Shown: positions 36,279-51,419, counted from the whole stretch's first letter. The stretch is 61,488 bases of DNA, filler included, from Platydemus manokwari (GCA_037951405.1; 6 parts of 6 records of this genome joined end to end with filler, not necessarily neighbours in it); one strand, 5' to 3'. Numbers and translations are program-made. Notes: a model not told the origin generated them from the sequence alone.

Positions 36279-37426
36279 TTGGGTTGGTGCATAAGTTCGT
36301 GTGGATTTTTGCAATTATAAGAAAATGCTTACTGATCAAGAATAAAAACCACATAAAAAATTCCAGATAACAAAAATGAATTTATGAAACGATTAGAAAA
36401 AACAAATATCCCAGTCTCAATCGGCGAGATATTTTCTCTCACAATCGATCACAGTTCTGGAAGTTTGTCAATCCCACGTTTGAAGAAGCTTGGTGATTTT
36501 TGGTCGAAAAATTCTTTAATTCACGTTGTTATTGCTTCTTCGTTTTCAAATGTGATACCAGAAAGATAATTCAACATGGAGCGGAAAAGATGAAAATCTG
36601 TTGGGGCTAAGTCGGGCGAATATGGAAGATGTGGAAGAACTTCCAGCCAAGCTCTGGCAACATGACACCGAGCATTGCCATGGTATAAAATTTTCTGCTT
36701 CTTATTGGTCGTCTGAGCTTTGATTGCACTATTTACTCATTTGAGTTGTTCATAATAAAGTTCTTGGCAAGATTTCATAATGAATAACACAAACTTGGTC
36801 CCATCACACACAACAAGGTTTTACGTTGATGAACTTCAGGTTTTGCAAGTGGTTATGATTGCTTAACCAATCTTTTTTGTGTTTCAAATTTACATATAGG
36901 CAGAAACCGAAACACGTTGATTTTTGCGACTTTCTTTGAAAAGGTACCCATGATCTAAGCTTTTGAACTTTTCCTATTTTCTTGAGATATCGAGAAATAA
37001 TGATGTGATCACAATCCATGGCTTGTCCAACGGCTCATGTTGATTGATGCGGATCATCATGAATCAATTGGTTCAAACAGTCTTCATGAAAGTTACTGGA
37101 TAGACCTGACATCCCTCAAATAATAAAACCACTTTTGTGATTATCGTCCTCTAACTGCCTTTTCTCCATAAACGCAACAAATCATTCTTATGGCTTCTGC
37201 AGCGTTTAAATGTTGATTAAAATAGAAAAGGAGTAAATGCCGGGAATGTTCATTTTTATCTAACTGGCACTCCATTTTAATGTGGGTAATGAAAGTGAAA
37301 GTTAATGTAAAATGATTTAAATAGTTATTTCAGCTCAATGAATATAAATCAAATCAGTTAAAACAAGAATTTGGTGTGTTTTCTTTGCAGCAAATAAGAC
37401 CGCAGGAAATATATGCACAAACCCAA
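36279..37426 (-). mobile_element. Near full-length mariner element, transposase pseudogenised, in the presumed GPCR intron
   Basis: Imperfect TIRs TTGGGTTGGTGCATA and TATGCACAAACCCAA+TA; motifs WVP, PYSPDLAPTDFHLF and GIDKLPE. Confidence 0.92.
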
Positions 37427-37673
37427 TATTAATTATATATTTACAAGTATGATACTTTAATTAATTATAATTATTAATAAATTTCATAAATCATGTAAAT
37501 ATAAATAATTATTAAGTTTAATTAATTATTCTAGATAATTATTAGTTTAGTTCAAAACTCAGGTTAATTTTGATAAAAATCTGTTCTGTCACCCCTTTAC
37601 AAGTTAAATGATGAAAGAGCAATCTTTATTTTATTTTAATTGATGAAATGTGCTATATTTCTAATACGAAAAC

Positions 37674-38102
37674 TGTGAAAATGTTTTAAATAATTAAATA
37701 TTCAAAGATTTAATTCAAGTTTTATAAAAATAATATATTAATTTAATTATATAATTTTATTTAAATATATAATTTGGTGTTGTAACTTTTCAGTTCGTTT
37801 TGAATCCGTACCACACAAAGTAATAGTAGCTTAGATGTCGATCACGCCTCTGGATTCGATTTTAAGAAAATCAATGACTGCAAATTATGTGAGAGAAGGA
37901 GGAAGTCATTGGTATTATATAAATAATATATAACGAAGATATAAAGGCGTTACAAAGAAGGATTTAAACATGAAATAAGAATTAGAGATTTATATAAAGA
38001 GTATTTTATGCCGAGTATTGAATACACAGACGATTAAGAATACAAATAAAATAAAAAATTTTAAAGAAAGTGGGATGTGAGGATTAATGTCGTGACTTTT
38101 TA
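37674..38102 (+). mobile_element. TRIM-like element (LTR, purine-rich internal region, PPT, deleted LTR)
   Basis: LTR core ATAATTTGGTGTTGTAACTTTTCAGTTCGTTTT; PPT AAAGAAAGTGGGA directly before TGTGAGGATT at 38076. Confidence 0.55.
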
Positions 38103-41100
38103 TAAAGGAATAGCATCTTACACAAGCTACAAACACATTAGAGATAAGTATTGTTTTATCCTTCCAGACCTATTGAATGTTTGATAAGGATATCGATATT
38201 ATGCCCCCAATAAGTCCAATAACATTAATCTTGAGATTTAATCCACTGTAATTTATTAAATTGCAATTCATGTTCATTATCAAATTTCGATTATTAACTG
38301 ACATTTCACAAAACATAAATTCGACTCAATATGATTAAATATTTTAAATTTAAAACGGTGTAGAAATTTTATTCCATTTATAATGCGTGATGATTAGAGA
38401 ACTTGAATATTTGAATTGATTTTACAAGTAGTACAAAAGAATGTCGACAAAAACTTTCCAATTTCCAATGAGTATGACCACATTTTTAACAAATTTCCTT
38501 CCGGTTAATTCTATATCACACAGATCTTGATATTCAAAATTAAACTCTCACAAGACAAAAGTAAATTTATGGAAATTTCGTTTGCCTATTGATTTTCGGT
38601 AATTAATTCATTGAAAATTCATTACACATCTCAAATATTAATTTGTCTTTTGCGCTGGATCAAGCTATATAGAAATCAAAATCAATAACGACTGGTCATG
38701 GTTGACGATAATATATAGGTGAATATAAATGCAGTGGTTTAGAACCATTGGTGAGATATTTTCATACGTTGTTTAATATGTATATATATGTGTGTGTGCG
38801 CGTGTGTTTATCTGTATTTTATAGAGGCTAACAACCTATATTTTGTAAAGTTACTTGAATTTAAGATGGCTTCTCATTATCCCTTTTAGATTTATTGAGA
38901 TACGAAGTTTGATTAACAATGCTTATTGTGACAATCTAGCCTTATTCCATATGGTCGTATTACATAATTCCATAAATATTACGAAATCACTGAATCTGTA
39001 TTTCAGTATAATCATGATAATTTCATATAACTGTTTTTGAAGGGTCGACAAAATTTATTCTGTCAACCAAATTGGATATGATTGAAAGGGTTCTAACAGG
39101 ACCACCAACTGGAATAAAATGTCTTTCATACCAAGATAATCTTCATGAATTGAGCAATTGAATATGATATTCTGCTTACAACTTGCAATGGTGAAAATAC
39201 TGGTTTTTAAATTTAAAAATTAGCTGGAGGAAAATTTCTGAAAAGAATAATTCCTATATATATATGATGAGTTTAAAAAAGCAACAAGATTAATTAAATA
39301 AAAGGAAAGATAAAATAGAGTAAACAAGTAAATACAAATTTAATAATAACTAATATTAACAAAAAAGGTAATTATACAAAATAAAGTGAAAACATAATTA
39401 CACAAAATAGAATTAAATTACCATTAATTGAAAGGGGACATTTGAAATAGAACATAATATTAATTAGAAAGGTTATATTAAGTTATTAATTTTTAAGTTT
39501 AAATTATCAAGTGCAAATAAGGCAATTTGCAAATAACAACCACCGTCTATTTCCAATAATTAAAATAAATAAATAGAGCGTTCATGCTGTAGTAAGTATG
39601 AACAACAGGATGCACACAGAAGGCATGTGGATGGTGAAAATAAGTATATAAAGAGCGAGTTATTTATTTTCACTCATTCAACCAGAGACTTCAAAGGGTA
39701 ATATGTTTTTTTGTATAATAGCAAGCCTTGAAACAAGTGTAGTTGTATGAAATTAAAAGTATATTAGAAGGTATTTATGGTATTACCAGTGCGCTAATTT
39801 ATATAGTAGTGTATTTAGGTATGGTATTATCCAGGAATAGATTCTGAGCTAAGGTATTCAGAAGAAATTTCGGGCCTTGCTTCTCGTAACTTTATTAACG
39901 TAACTTTATAGAGTTGTGTTCCATCAACGTTATTTTTGGTGTAAAAAAATATATAAATATATCTTAGTCAAAAAGACGTATTTGTTCTTACTTCGTGTGC
40001 ACCGAAATTTATTAGGAGTCAGATAAGTAGAATAAGACCGAGCCTTTCAGTTGGAGTAATTCTAAACTTGCTTTGTATATTACGTTTTCTATAATATTGA
40101 AATAAGTATTTTAGTGGTTGCTGTAATTTTTCGATTTCAATTTCAAAATATCAATGGAACACAACGTTATTCAATATTTAAAAAGTATCACGAAATTATT
40201 GGCAAATGAAAGATTATTCTTTCTAAAAATATATTGCAAATCAAATATTCTCTCGCTCCACATAAAATAAAATGCAGACCTTTGAAAATTAATTAATAAT
40301 AATTTCTAAATTCATTTAAGTTGAAGTAGAAATCTAATTTTTAGATAATAATTACGAAAGATAATTTTTTTATGTTTAGTATTTTTTCGCAGGATTTTGA
40401 TAAATTGAAATCAATATTCACAAAAAATTTTAAAAAGTTTTGATTTAAAATAATAGCATTTTAAGTTGAATTTAGAACAAAAAATCTTAAGATCTTCCAG
40501 TAGTTAAAAAATTAATCATAAATTTAAGATATTAAATTATTAATTTTGTTTAAAAATTTTAATCCAATGACTTTATTTGTTATTGGAAATTGGCTAAGTG
40601 TTTAGTTTTGTAGATTTTTTAACGAATATTAATTAATTAGTTGTTAAATTCGATTTTAAAATTTATCTCACAATTTGCAGGTAATATAAATAAATAAAAC
40701 TTTATATAAACTTATTTGTTTACGAATTTTTCGGAAAATTTACTATTTATTGAGGCGCAAAAAACATCTAATGTTTCTTTGTGAAACATAATGAAGAAAT
40801 TTGACGAAAATTTACGAGTAATTTACTATTTTAGAAATCACAGAATCTTTCATTGGAAATGTCATAATTAGTTCTAGATATTTTGGTTACTGCAAAATGC
40901 TAATTTGACTCAATTTTTCTAATATCCAACTCGAAAATTAAGAATAGTATTTGTTTAAGATATTTAGTTTTTTCTTATTTCATTTTCATTTGTTTTAATA
41001 TATTAAAGTACTAAATTTTAAAATTTGCGCTATTTTCAATTTTATAATTTTTTCGAAATTTAATGAAACTCTTATATTTTCATCGTTTTCAAAAATTGTG

Positions 41101-41239
41101 AGGCAGTTACAATACCACAATTTTCAATATAAGGAAATATTGATTGGCAAGTGATAAGTTTTATCAGATTTGAGCTTAAGCCAAATTTATGCAAATCAAT
41201 AATATGATTCAAATAGTTAGTATTACGCTGATAATAAAT

Positions 41240-41715
41240 GGTGTGGATTTCAATGTGATGATGATTTTACATAATCAATTTAAAAGATTTTATTCGAGAG
41301 ATTAGTGACATTTTGTTTGTTTAAATAATTTTACTTAAATATAATTTTATGTCATGATTTTACAGTTAGTTTCCGATGCAGGTTTTATTAAATAGTGATG
41401 ACTCACATAGCGAGAAGATCTGTGAAATGAAAGTATAATGAAATCGGAAAAAGTAGAAAGATGTGAAGCCTTTATGAAGATGATATAGAGAAGTTAAAGA
41501 GAAAATACAGATAAGATATAATGATCAAAACAAACTAGATAGAATAAAGGGAAATTTAAAAGAAGAGGTATTTGAGAATTCTAAAATGAGGATGATGAAT
41601 ATGAAAAATGAAGAATAAACTTAAAAGATTTTATGTGAAAGATCGTAATGATAATTTATTGGTTTAAATAGTTGTACTTCAATATAATTTCGTGTCGTGA
41701 ATTTTCATTTATTTA
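41240..41715 (+). mobile_element. TRIM-like element with two diverged ~150-bp LTRs
   Basis: Both halves contain AAAAGATTTTAT..TTTAAATA..ATAATTT(C/T)(G/A)TGTC(G/A)TGA. The internal ~175 bp is purine-rich and ends in the PPT-like AAAAGAAGAGG. Confidence 0.55.
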
Positions 41716-42329
41716 AAAATGCAGCTATAATTACATTATACCGACTTACAAATACTTCTACAAATAGTTTATCAGTGTAATCTATGTTGTGAAATAACTT
41801 CCAAATATTTTTTAAAAAAGCAAAAACCCGTTATAAATAAATTATTCTTGAAAGGAAAAAATCTTTAGAAATATAGACTGTGATTGAATAGTCTGGTCAC
41901 CATAATCAATTTTCATTATACTGATTGGTAAACCTTATTCGCTGTTTGTCCAATTTGCATACTATATTGTAATTATATATTTCATGGAATTATGTAGGGA
42001 TAAAATATCAATCTTTGTGGAAATCGAACCAATGTTCTTTAATAACATAAACGAAATGCACCTTTTAAATAAATGATTAACGCTCAATATACTCCAAATC
42101 AATTAAAAATTATCCTTGATGGGACTTAAGCTAATTTCAAAATAAAAATTTAATCGTCTTATAAAACAGTCTATTTTTAATATTTACAATTCTGTTAGAA
42201 TTGAAATGATGGTATTGAAATTGAAACATCAAATTAGCTAGCTCAATATTTTAGAAAAAGATTCAAGGTACTTTCAAATTAGATGGTTCATATATCTGAA
42301 AAAACCTAAGTTACCAGATTATATTCAAC

Positions 42330-42429
42330 NNNNNNNNNNNNNNNNNNNNNNNNNNNNNNNNNNNNNNNNNNNNTTAATTAATTAANNNNNNNNNNNNNNN
42401 NNNNNNNNNNNNNNNNNNNNNNNNNNNNN
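42330..42429. other. Artificial contig spacer
   Basis: 44N-TTAATTAATTAA-44N. Confidence 0.97.
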
Positions 42430-42468
42430 TAATAATAGTAATAATAATAATAATATAAACATATTTAC

Positions 42469-45400
42469 TTCAAGAGTTAATTTATTTTGTTCTTGATTAC
42501 TAAAAATAAGATTGTTGTTGGCCACGTTGTTCAAATATTCTTCCACAAACAACATTACTGGTCCAAAGTTTATCTTCACTTGCTCTTTTAATGAATTTTC
42601 TTGATCAACAGAATCATAACTGCACTCATTTTGAAAAATAAAATAATTTTTTCTACTAAATGTTCAAACTTATCAATGTCCATCTTGGTAGGTATATCAG
42701 TCCATAATCTAGCATATCTAACAGGAATTACGATTTCTTGGGGATCTCTGTCGACATGTAAGTGGATCATTAGTCGACAGAAAGAAGCTCGAAGATTGTG
42801 AGGAAAAGAATCATTGGCAATACACCTAAAGATACAATCAATAAATACAGAACAAAGCAACTGCACACATGATTGGAAAAACATTTTACATTTAAATTCT
42901 TAGCCTAATTTTGATGTTATTATCATCAGAATTTTATCAAAACTTTATATTTTCTTATTATTTAGAACAATTCGGTTGTATCTCTCATTATGTTTCATAA
43001 AAATGGAATTCGAAAAGGGATATATTATATCATATTATTTAGAAGAATCGAACTTATTCCATTGCGACACCTTTAAAAATTCATAGTAGTGTTAATTATG
43101 AATGCACTTCAAATAATATTATGTTGTGATCAATTTAAGCTCATTCTTTCACAGAACATATCAAGTTGATTATTTTTGACATTAAAATTTCGATTATTCA
43201 TTGATATTTGACACCTTTGCAGGATGTGTTCATTTTTTTAATAAAATTATCTAATCTACATACTACAAATAGGTGTTTTAGTAAAACAAACAACATTCAT
43301 TTTCCGGGTATGGTAGATTAGAAATATCTTTGAATATTTTTAAAACTGTGTAGAATTTGTTTCAACAAACCGACCAAAGCATACACACATAGACATATAG
43401 ATCGTCCAATTCCTAAGTCTCCGTCTCTAACACTAAAATAAAAACAACAAAGCACAATATAATTTATACACATTGATATTAATTATTATTCACTGACTAA
43501 TGTGCTTTATTTCTTAATTCTTATTAATCAGTTGCGTTATAACAATATGGCGAAATATGTTAAATTTTCGCTCGCGGAAAGAATGTTTATAGTTAGCCAT
43601 ACAACAATGTACCAGAGTAGTGCCAAAGCTTTCCAAGAATCTCAACAACTTTTTCAATTGTGGACCATCAGCTAGAACAACAGTGCAATACTAAAAACAG
43701 AAGTTTAAAGAAACTGGAAACTTATCCACTAGGTTGAGATCAGGAAGACCGTCTGGAAACGATGCAATCTCTGTTTGGAGCAAGATTGTGAACAGTTGCT
43801 ATGAAATTGCTTATTATTTACCGTTATTTATTTTTACTGTTTTATTTTAGTTTAGAGACGGAGACTTATGAATATATATAACCGAAAAACTTTATCATCT
43901 TAATGTAGTTATCACAATAACAACTTCCGTATATTAGAAAGAAACAAATTATAATTTGAATTTCTTAAACAACGATATTCTAATTTACTCACACTGTGAT
44001 GATTTCGTCAATTTAATCATATTCGATAATTGACAGATTCAACTTTAAGATTTTTTAAGTACTAAACAAATCATTTAGAAAAACAATTCGAATTTTTCAG
44101 TTGGATTTTTGCATAAATTTTATTTATATATTTTTAGCAACACCATCAAAGTAAGAATAGCAATAAATGGTAAACAATTTATAATTAAAGTGTAAACCAA
44201 TTCAAAATAATGGTTTAGATTTATCAAAACAATTATCAATTCTAGAATTGTTTATGCTAATTTGAATTCACAAGCCCAATTTTAGTTAATACCAATTAAA
44301 TTAAATTTTAAAATGATAATTTATTTTGTTATTTAAATATTAAAACAAAATTCAAAGCAAAAATATTGCATAGTATTTAATCTGGCTTATTCAAGTTAAA
44401 TTTAGAATTCATTCAAACATAACTTATTTTGAAATCATTTTAATCTAAATTTAGAGTTTATCAATGTTGGACTTGATTAATCTTGTAACAGAATTTTCAT
44501 ACCAAGCAATTATAATTCAGTTATGAAAGAATAGATGTTAAAAATGTAGATTTAAACATTGATTTTAAATTTATTGATTTCATAATTTTATTAGAATGCT
44601 TAACTAGTATTAAATGATTAACAAAGAAATAATTGTTGATGTATCTAGCTTTGTTTTTTAATAATCATACGTGGAATTGAATTCGATATCATTGAGTTAT
44701 GGGAAATTATAGTTATTGGATTTTTGATTCATATCAGTATGTTTTTTGATTATTATATTCATTTAAGCGATAAACAATGTGCTTTCGATGTAAGCGAACT
44801 TAATCACTGAATATAATCGGATGCTATTAGGGTCCATGTTTTTGGATAATTAATTTATTTTTATGGTTAATAATATGCTAAGGAGAAACTCATCATTTAT
44901 TCAAATTTACTGGTTTTCGAACCAAATTTTTAACTGAGGAACTGAAAATAAGGAAGAATTCGGATAATTCCAATTCTTGTTAAATATCACTCTAATCGAA
45001 AAGGTCTATACTCGATTAACTATAGATTTTTGGTAATCTATTTCGTTTAATGTCACTAAAAATTTTAAAATTTTATATTTTGAAACTATCACATTAACAA
45101 TTAAGATGTTTTAAATGTTTTCGTTCACTTTTTTATTATCAGGCCGAATTAAATTTTTATTAAACCCATTATGAAGTCACCATTAACCAGATGCGATGAG
45201 CAATATTAATCCAGTTTGACAGTATTACGAAACAAGTTTACCATTGATCAACTACTGTGGTCGAATATATTTCAATCAATATATAATTCCAAACATGACA
45301 ATCAATCAAACGTGTTCTGTCTTTCTTAAGATCTGATGTTACTAAAAATAGTATCATAGAATAAACATTTATCTCTTTTGTATGACATTTTCTTTTCTTT

Positions 45401-48400
45401 TCATCAGTAATCTCTACGGTATATTAATAGATTTGATAAAATAAATAATTATCATATTTAGCGAAAGAAGTCATCATATTCCTCACATTTTCCCTGGTAA
45501 CGATTATTTGAATGTTATATAACTTCACCTACTTGAGAATCAAATCTATACTCAATTCATTGGACAAATAATTGATGGCTAAATATTGTCGGTCCAGGCA
45601 CATGTTGGAATAAAGATTGAGTTGATATCTATAATATGTGAGAACATCTTCATATTTTGGATTACTACTGGCTCCGGAGACCAATTCCTGAATATTTTTC
45701 GATTGTTTACCGTTGTCCCATGTCACAATTATCTCTTCCTCTTCTTCTGTTTCAAAAATAGTCTCAGGATTCTTAGATTTATCAGTTCCATTCATCGACA
45801 GTAAATCATCATCTTCAAATCCGTCATCATATAGCGGTTCGACTTCATATTCAATTTCCACAATTCTTTTATATATTCTAAATTAAAACACCATAAATAA
45901 ACAACAACAGTTACAAAATTTTTACTCAGTTTTCACTAAAATATCTTGATTATTTTCATGGAACAGGCACTTGCAAATCAGCTCCTGTGTCACTGGAATA
46001 GCGACGTTATTTGAAATACACAGATCCGATAAATACTCCAAGAATCTATGTAATAAATATTACAACATTGCAGCTACTTAAAATAAACAGTAGATAAAAC
46101 ACGAACAATAAACATACCTACTGTCCTTGCCCTTTCGAATTAGATTGATGAAAGTATTTATTTCGGAAACCGTTATATGTTTCTCCAATAATTTCCGATT
46201 GTTATGCAACAATGCTGTAACAGTATCTTCAGCAAGAATTCCATAACCGATTTGTTTTTGCATCATTGGGAATTGTTTGGCTATATATTCCTAGATATAT
46301 CTTTATAATTAATTTCTGATCAAAGAGATCGGTCATTCGTTGAAATAAATGGATTATTTAGCACTTTTTAATTGATCGATTAATTGATACAATTAATTTA
46401 ATTAGCCATAGTTAATGATTTAATTAATTATTGATTAATTTTTTAACTAAAATTCTTTTAATTATTAAAGTTCGATAAAAACCAAAATTATCTGATCAAA
46501 CAGAATAATAGAAATCAAACATGAAAATATTATTTAATTAAATATATTTTTTCAATCGATAGATATGATAAATCATTCCAAATAATATATTCACAATCAA
46601 TTACACCTATTGTCACAGAGAATTTCATTGATTCTGTCATTTGATTATTATTATTATTCAATACGGTTAGACACTGAACGAGCATGAAACATTGGACGCA
46701 ATTATCAGATGAAAAAATCAATATATCCATTTAGAAACCAATATTCATGCGACAATCACTACTTATTATAGAATCAGTAATATCCATATTATAAAATCAA
46801 TATTCATATTACAACAGATTCTCAGTTCCAATTTGATATCAATTTTTAGTCAATATGCTAGTGAATTAAAAGATCTTGATTTGTAAATAATTGATTGATA
46901 ATATTAATGATTTCGGTGTTATAGTAGATATGATTCATATGATTCAATCAATAAGAAAAAATAATTATAATATCGTGCAAGTCGATATTATTTTACAAAG
47001 CACGCATTGGAAATGACGGAAAAATCATGATACAATATTATATATTTAACTACGTTTATAAAAAAAGATTATTATCTTTGGATATTAATTTATAAAATCT
47101 TTTAAATTTCCATTTTAAAATTCACACACACCGAAATGATAATAAAAAACATGACTGAAAATTATGAAAATATTGATTGGAATATAAAAATTCCATTTTA
47201 ATGTTACAAAAAAAGATAAACTATTATTAAAAGATTATTGGAGTGTGCCTGGGTGAAGCTCAAGTAGATGCCTGAAAAAATTTGTAACCGATTTCGATAT
47301 ATAAAATCCAGTACTCGAAATTTAAGTAAAATAATTAAAATTATTCCGTTGTCATAGAGACAATTAAAACGATTTCCAAATAAATCACCACGGTTTCTAA
47401 TGATTATCTTCAAAATATTAATAACAAGGTAGTAGAGAGCACGATTTTTATACATTAATATTAGTGAAATATTAATAATTTATTTTCACATAAGAATTAA
47501 GTACCGAGATTAATAGCAACGAATAATGGATAAATATTTATTTATTGAGTATTAAAAGAGAGAGATCAATGCTTATCAGGGAACCTGCATTTAAAATACT
47601 AAGATTTTGTTAGAACAAAAAGAAGCGTGCAAATAGATACTTTAATCAGTGATTAGCTCTTATTTTTGATTTGAGGTCAGACAGGAGATAGTGTAAGGTT
47701 TCTTTTAGAACAGATAATATTAAAAATCTTAAATATTGACAGAGTTATTAAACTATATAATAATATTTATAATAATGATAAAAATAAAATAAAAATAATC
47801 AGAAAAAAATATAAATGAAAAAATCAATATAACAATAATTATCATTATTTATTGATAATAATATTTATTTCAATCAATAAGAATGAGTAGTTTATGAAAA
47901 ATAAAATAATAATAAAAATAATCATCAAAATAAATAAGGAATTAAATATTAGTACCGAGAAGAGAATAAATTTAGTAAAAATTTCATAAATCCAACCTGA
48001 TTTTTCCGATAATCCTGTTGAGATAATTTCAGAATTCGATAACATAGACGGCAAATATTTCTGAATATCAAATGCTTTTGATCTGCCAGATCGTCCATTT
48101 TGATTGGAAAATCATCAGAAAATGGACTCTCCAATATTTTGAATATTTGTTTCAGAATATTTTGTTCCCGAAGAAGTTTCTGGCGGTCTCGATCAATTTC
48201 CTTCACCTCCAGATCCAAGGGATCTCCACCAGTGTCGTCCACCGAGCACAGGAAATAAATGACACAACTCAACAAATTGTATACCACTCTAACAGATATC
48301 CAATAAAATTTAATGACATAACCAATTTTCACTTTTTATCATTCAAAGTTAATTGTTTGATTTTCTGAGTTACAACCGACAGTACTTTACTGACATCATT

Positions 48401-51400
48401 GGCGAAATCGAGATCTCGTACTTCTTCAGCAGACACTTGCACTATTGCAAAGGCTTCTTTATCTTCTTTCAATAAAGCACATCCGACCTATTAGAGAAGA
48501 TTAGTACCGAAGAAGGAAATCCCATAAACAAGAATTATATGCATCAGAAAATTATGAAATAAAGGCTTCGTAATAGTGGTTCATTGGGATCTAGTTTTCA
48601 TTTATAATCTCACTGCCTAACACAGTACATGTTATGGTTTCGATTTCAGAGAGGTTATACTCTCATTAAATAAATACCGTTTAATTGTATTTTTCATTAT
48701 TAAATTTCTTTCTTGTGAATTTTACATTTGATCAAATTGAAAAAAGCTCGAAATAATTTATGATAACGCTATCGATATGTTATCCAATTTTATTATTTTA
48801 AAGATACTTAGAAAAGTTCTACTCAATAAAATGTTAATTTATCATAAAGAAGTGTGCTTCAGTGAGCATTAGCTAATAATATGAGTGTTCCGCTTATGTT
48901 ATGAGATAAATTATTATATATTATATTGAAAGATTCAAAATGAATCAATATGAAAAGGTGTTATGTCCTTTATAAAATTAATCGATTAGCACAGTGATAG
49001 ATTTAATTGTAGAAACAAGATAATTTATTATCAAGCAATGATATTTCGCTCAACTTAACTCAGTTAAATAGCGTGAAATGAAGTTCAGTGATATTATGAG
49101 CATATTACTTGTTATAATATTATTATTTAATAATAATAATAATTTTGACAATTAATTAGCGTCGGTAAATAAGCATTTAAAATGATTGTGAAATTTATTA
49201 CCATTTTTAAATGGAAATTCGGTTTTGAAATGTTGAAATGACTTATACCACTTTCATAATCAAGGGCTCATATCTTATTATCAATTGAGTCAAAAGATAT
49301 TTTAAAAATTATGTTAAAAATAAATAGACCATATCAATATTTATAAAAGCCAAGGATTTTGCTAATCAATACTGGCAGACTCTCAGTAATAATAATAATA
49401 GCAATAATAATAATTGCAACGTTTGCTTATTGGCTAATTTGAGAATTCCATTATCTAGTTCACAGACAAAATGGTTTTGTAGTAATTTTAATTCTTCATA
49501 ATATTAATAATTTCTTAATCGGTGATTCCACCTCCAATCACTTGCACTTGATAGCGAGAAATTTCAATCGCATCTTCGTTACATCACCATAATAATAATA
49601 ATAATAATAATAATATATAATTTAAAGTGGATACATAATAGATACAATAAAAGTGTTGTATACAATTAAGAATAGATAAAGCTATTTGAAAACAATCAGT
49701 ATCAAAGTAAAGTCATAAAAAATAACCTTATGCATAATAGGCTTATCTTCTTCTTTATCAACTGGAATGCTAGTTGAATGTACCCAAGCACCGGTGCAAA
49801 AGTTTTTCATTCTTACAAACGATGATCTCGGAACGTAATCGTCGGATCGCGTGCAGATTGTTGGATCGATTTCGAAAATACTAGTCACATCATTTGATTG
49901 TGGAACACTGACCAAACAAAACACATCGTCCTCTGGAGATCCACGGAGTTTTGTTCTCATAACATCGGGAGCTGGATCTTTATCAACCTATCGTATCGAT
50001 AAATATATTATGTTAAGCAACAGTTGGTATCGAACCTCTGCAGCAAGATATTGACCTGTAGCAAGATGTTTGAAACGAAATAAGCTAGACCATTTTCCCG
50101 CACCTCCTCTGCAAGCATCCTTATTAACAACCTGAAATTATTTTGCATTAATGATATCGCATATTTATTGTTCAATATTTCAGTTGATTCTGGTCGAAAA
50201 TTCCAGGCCAGTATCGATGATTTGATTCAACATCGAAACAAATCGACACACCTCTTTCAATCAACTGTCATCGTATTTCTAAGTAGACTTTGATTTTAGA
50301 TTTTCAGTTATGAATAAATTAGGACAAAATCGCTCACATGATCATAATGATCATATCTTGTATAAAAATAAAAGATAAATCCCTAATAATAAACCATTTT
50401 TCATGATTAGTGAAAATATGTGACGTAAATAAGCTTAGATGAAACATATACGGATTTAGAACAAGTGCTCATCTCCCAAATCTGAATGAGACCCATTTGG
50501 ATTCAAATTCAATGATAAGTGATTTAAGGAGTTGGTAGATTCACGGTCACACGTGGTATGGATCATTAGACATTGTATGGTTCGACAATTGGTCTACCAA
50601 TTCTAAAAATTAATCATAATTTTATAATACATAGGTCACAACCATAACTATATAATCGAAATCCGGGTCGACCCCTATTTATACAATAAAATTTGCTATC
50701 ATTAATTAAAATCTAAAATTAATCAATTATCGATGCAATTTAATATAAAATCAATGCAATCAAAATTTTCATAAAGTTTTCATAAATTCATCAATCCGAA
50801 ATAGAAAGTTATTGAATAGGCGAGATAGTTTTGAAAATAATCTAAATTGGTATTTTAGCTTTCTAATAAGAATATCTAGATCCGTAGATATCGTTTGTTA
50901 GAAGCAAATCTAGCTTTGAACCCTGTCAACTAATTGTGTAATCAGTCACCCCTTCATTTTTCCGTTGTAATGGTATAAAGACACATTTATCATTCAACAG
51001 ATATCGCAGAAAACGGAATCATTTTCTACAAAACTCCTTATGGTAACTATTATGTTACCAAAACAGTTTATCAAATAAAAGCGTTATAACATTAAAATTA
51101 AGCGTAAATCATTAAAGGCAAGCCATATCAGAACAATCAATGGGAGCTTTATCAAAGAAATGTTAAACAACAAAGTAATGAATATACTGGATTTAATGAA
51201 AGAATTATCATTAAGTTGTTACATAATCCGACCAATTACGTAATTTATAATTTATAGACGAATAAATTTTACTTCTACTTCCCACAAGGCTTTCGAGCTT
51301 GTAGCTGATGTAGCAGTTGTTCGACCAGTGGTTCGTAGAAACACATATTGTCCTTTCTTATAATCGTCACAAGTGAGAAATTTTTCTTGTTCAGCGTGAA

Positions 51401-51419
51401 ATAATCGAACAACATCGCC
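42469..51419 (-). CDS. itpr: Inositol 1,4,5-trisphosphate receptor, internal exons (MIR/IP3-binding core to RIH region); both ends lie outside this segment
   Basis: Ten phase-consistent exons: 51419-51273, 50131-50036, 49987-49727, 48487-48333, 48288-47997, 46290-46118, 46045-45926, 45877-45533, 42825-42670, 42619-42469. Translation includes [71 protein letters not shown] and [20 protein letters not shown]. Confidence 0.97.
43400..43875 (+). mobile_element. Internally deleted Tc1/mariner-superfamily element in an ITPR intron
   Basis: Inverted repeats TAAGTCTCCGTCTCTAA..CTAAAATAAAAACA and TGTTTTATTTTAGTTTAGAGACGGAGACTTA. Internal transposase N-terminus [16 protein letters not shown]...KFKETG..RSGRP. 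Confidence 0.85.

Noticed and set aside
11606-51419. Neural signalling cluster (PHM, 5-HT receptor, IP3R)
   Set aside because: Each gene is on a different spacer-delimited segment.
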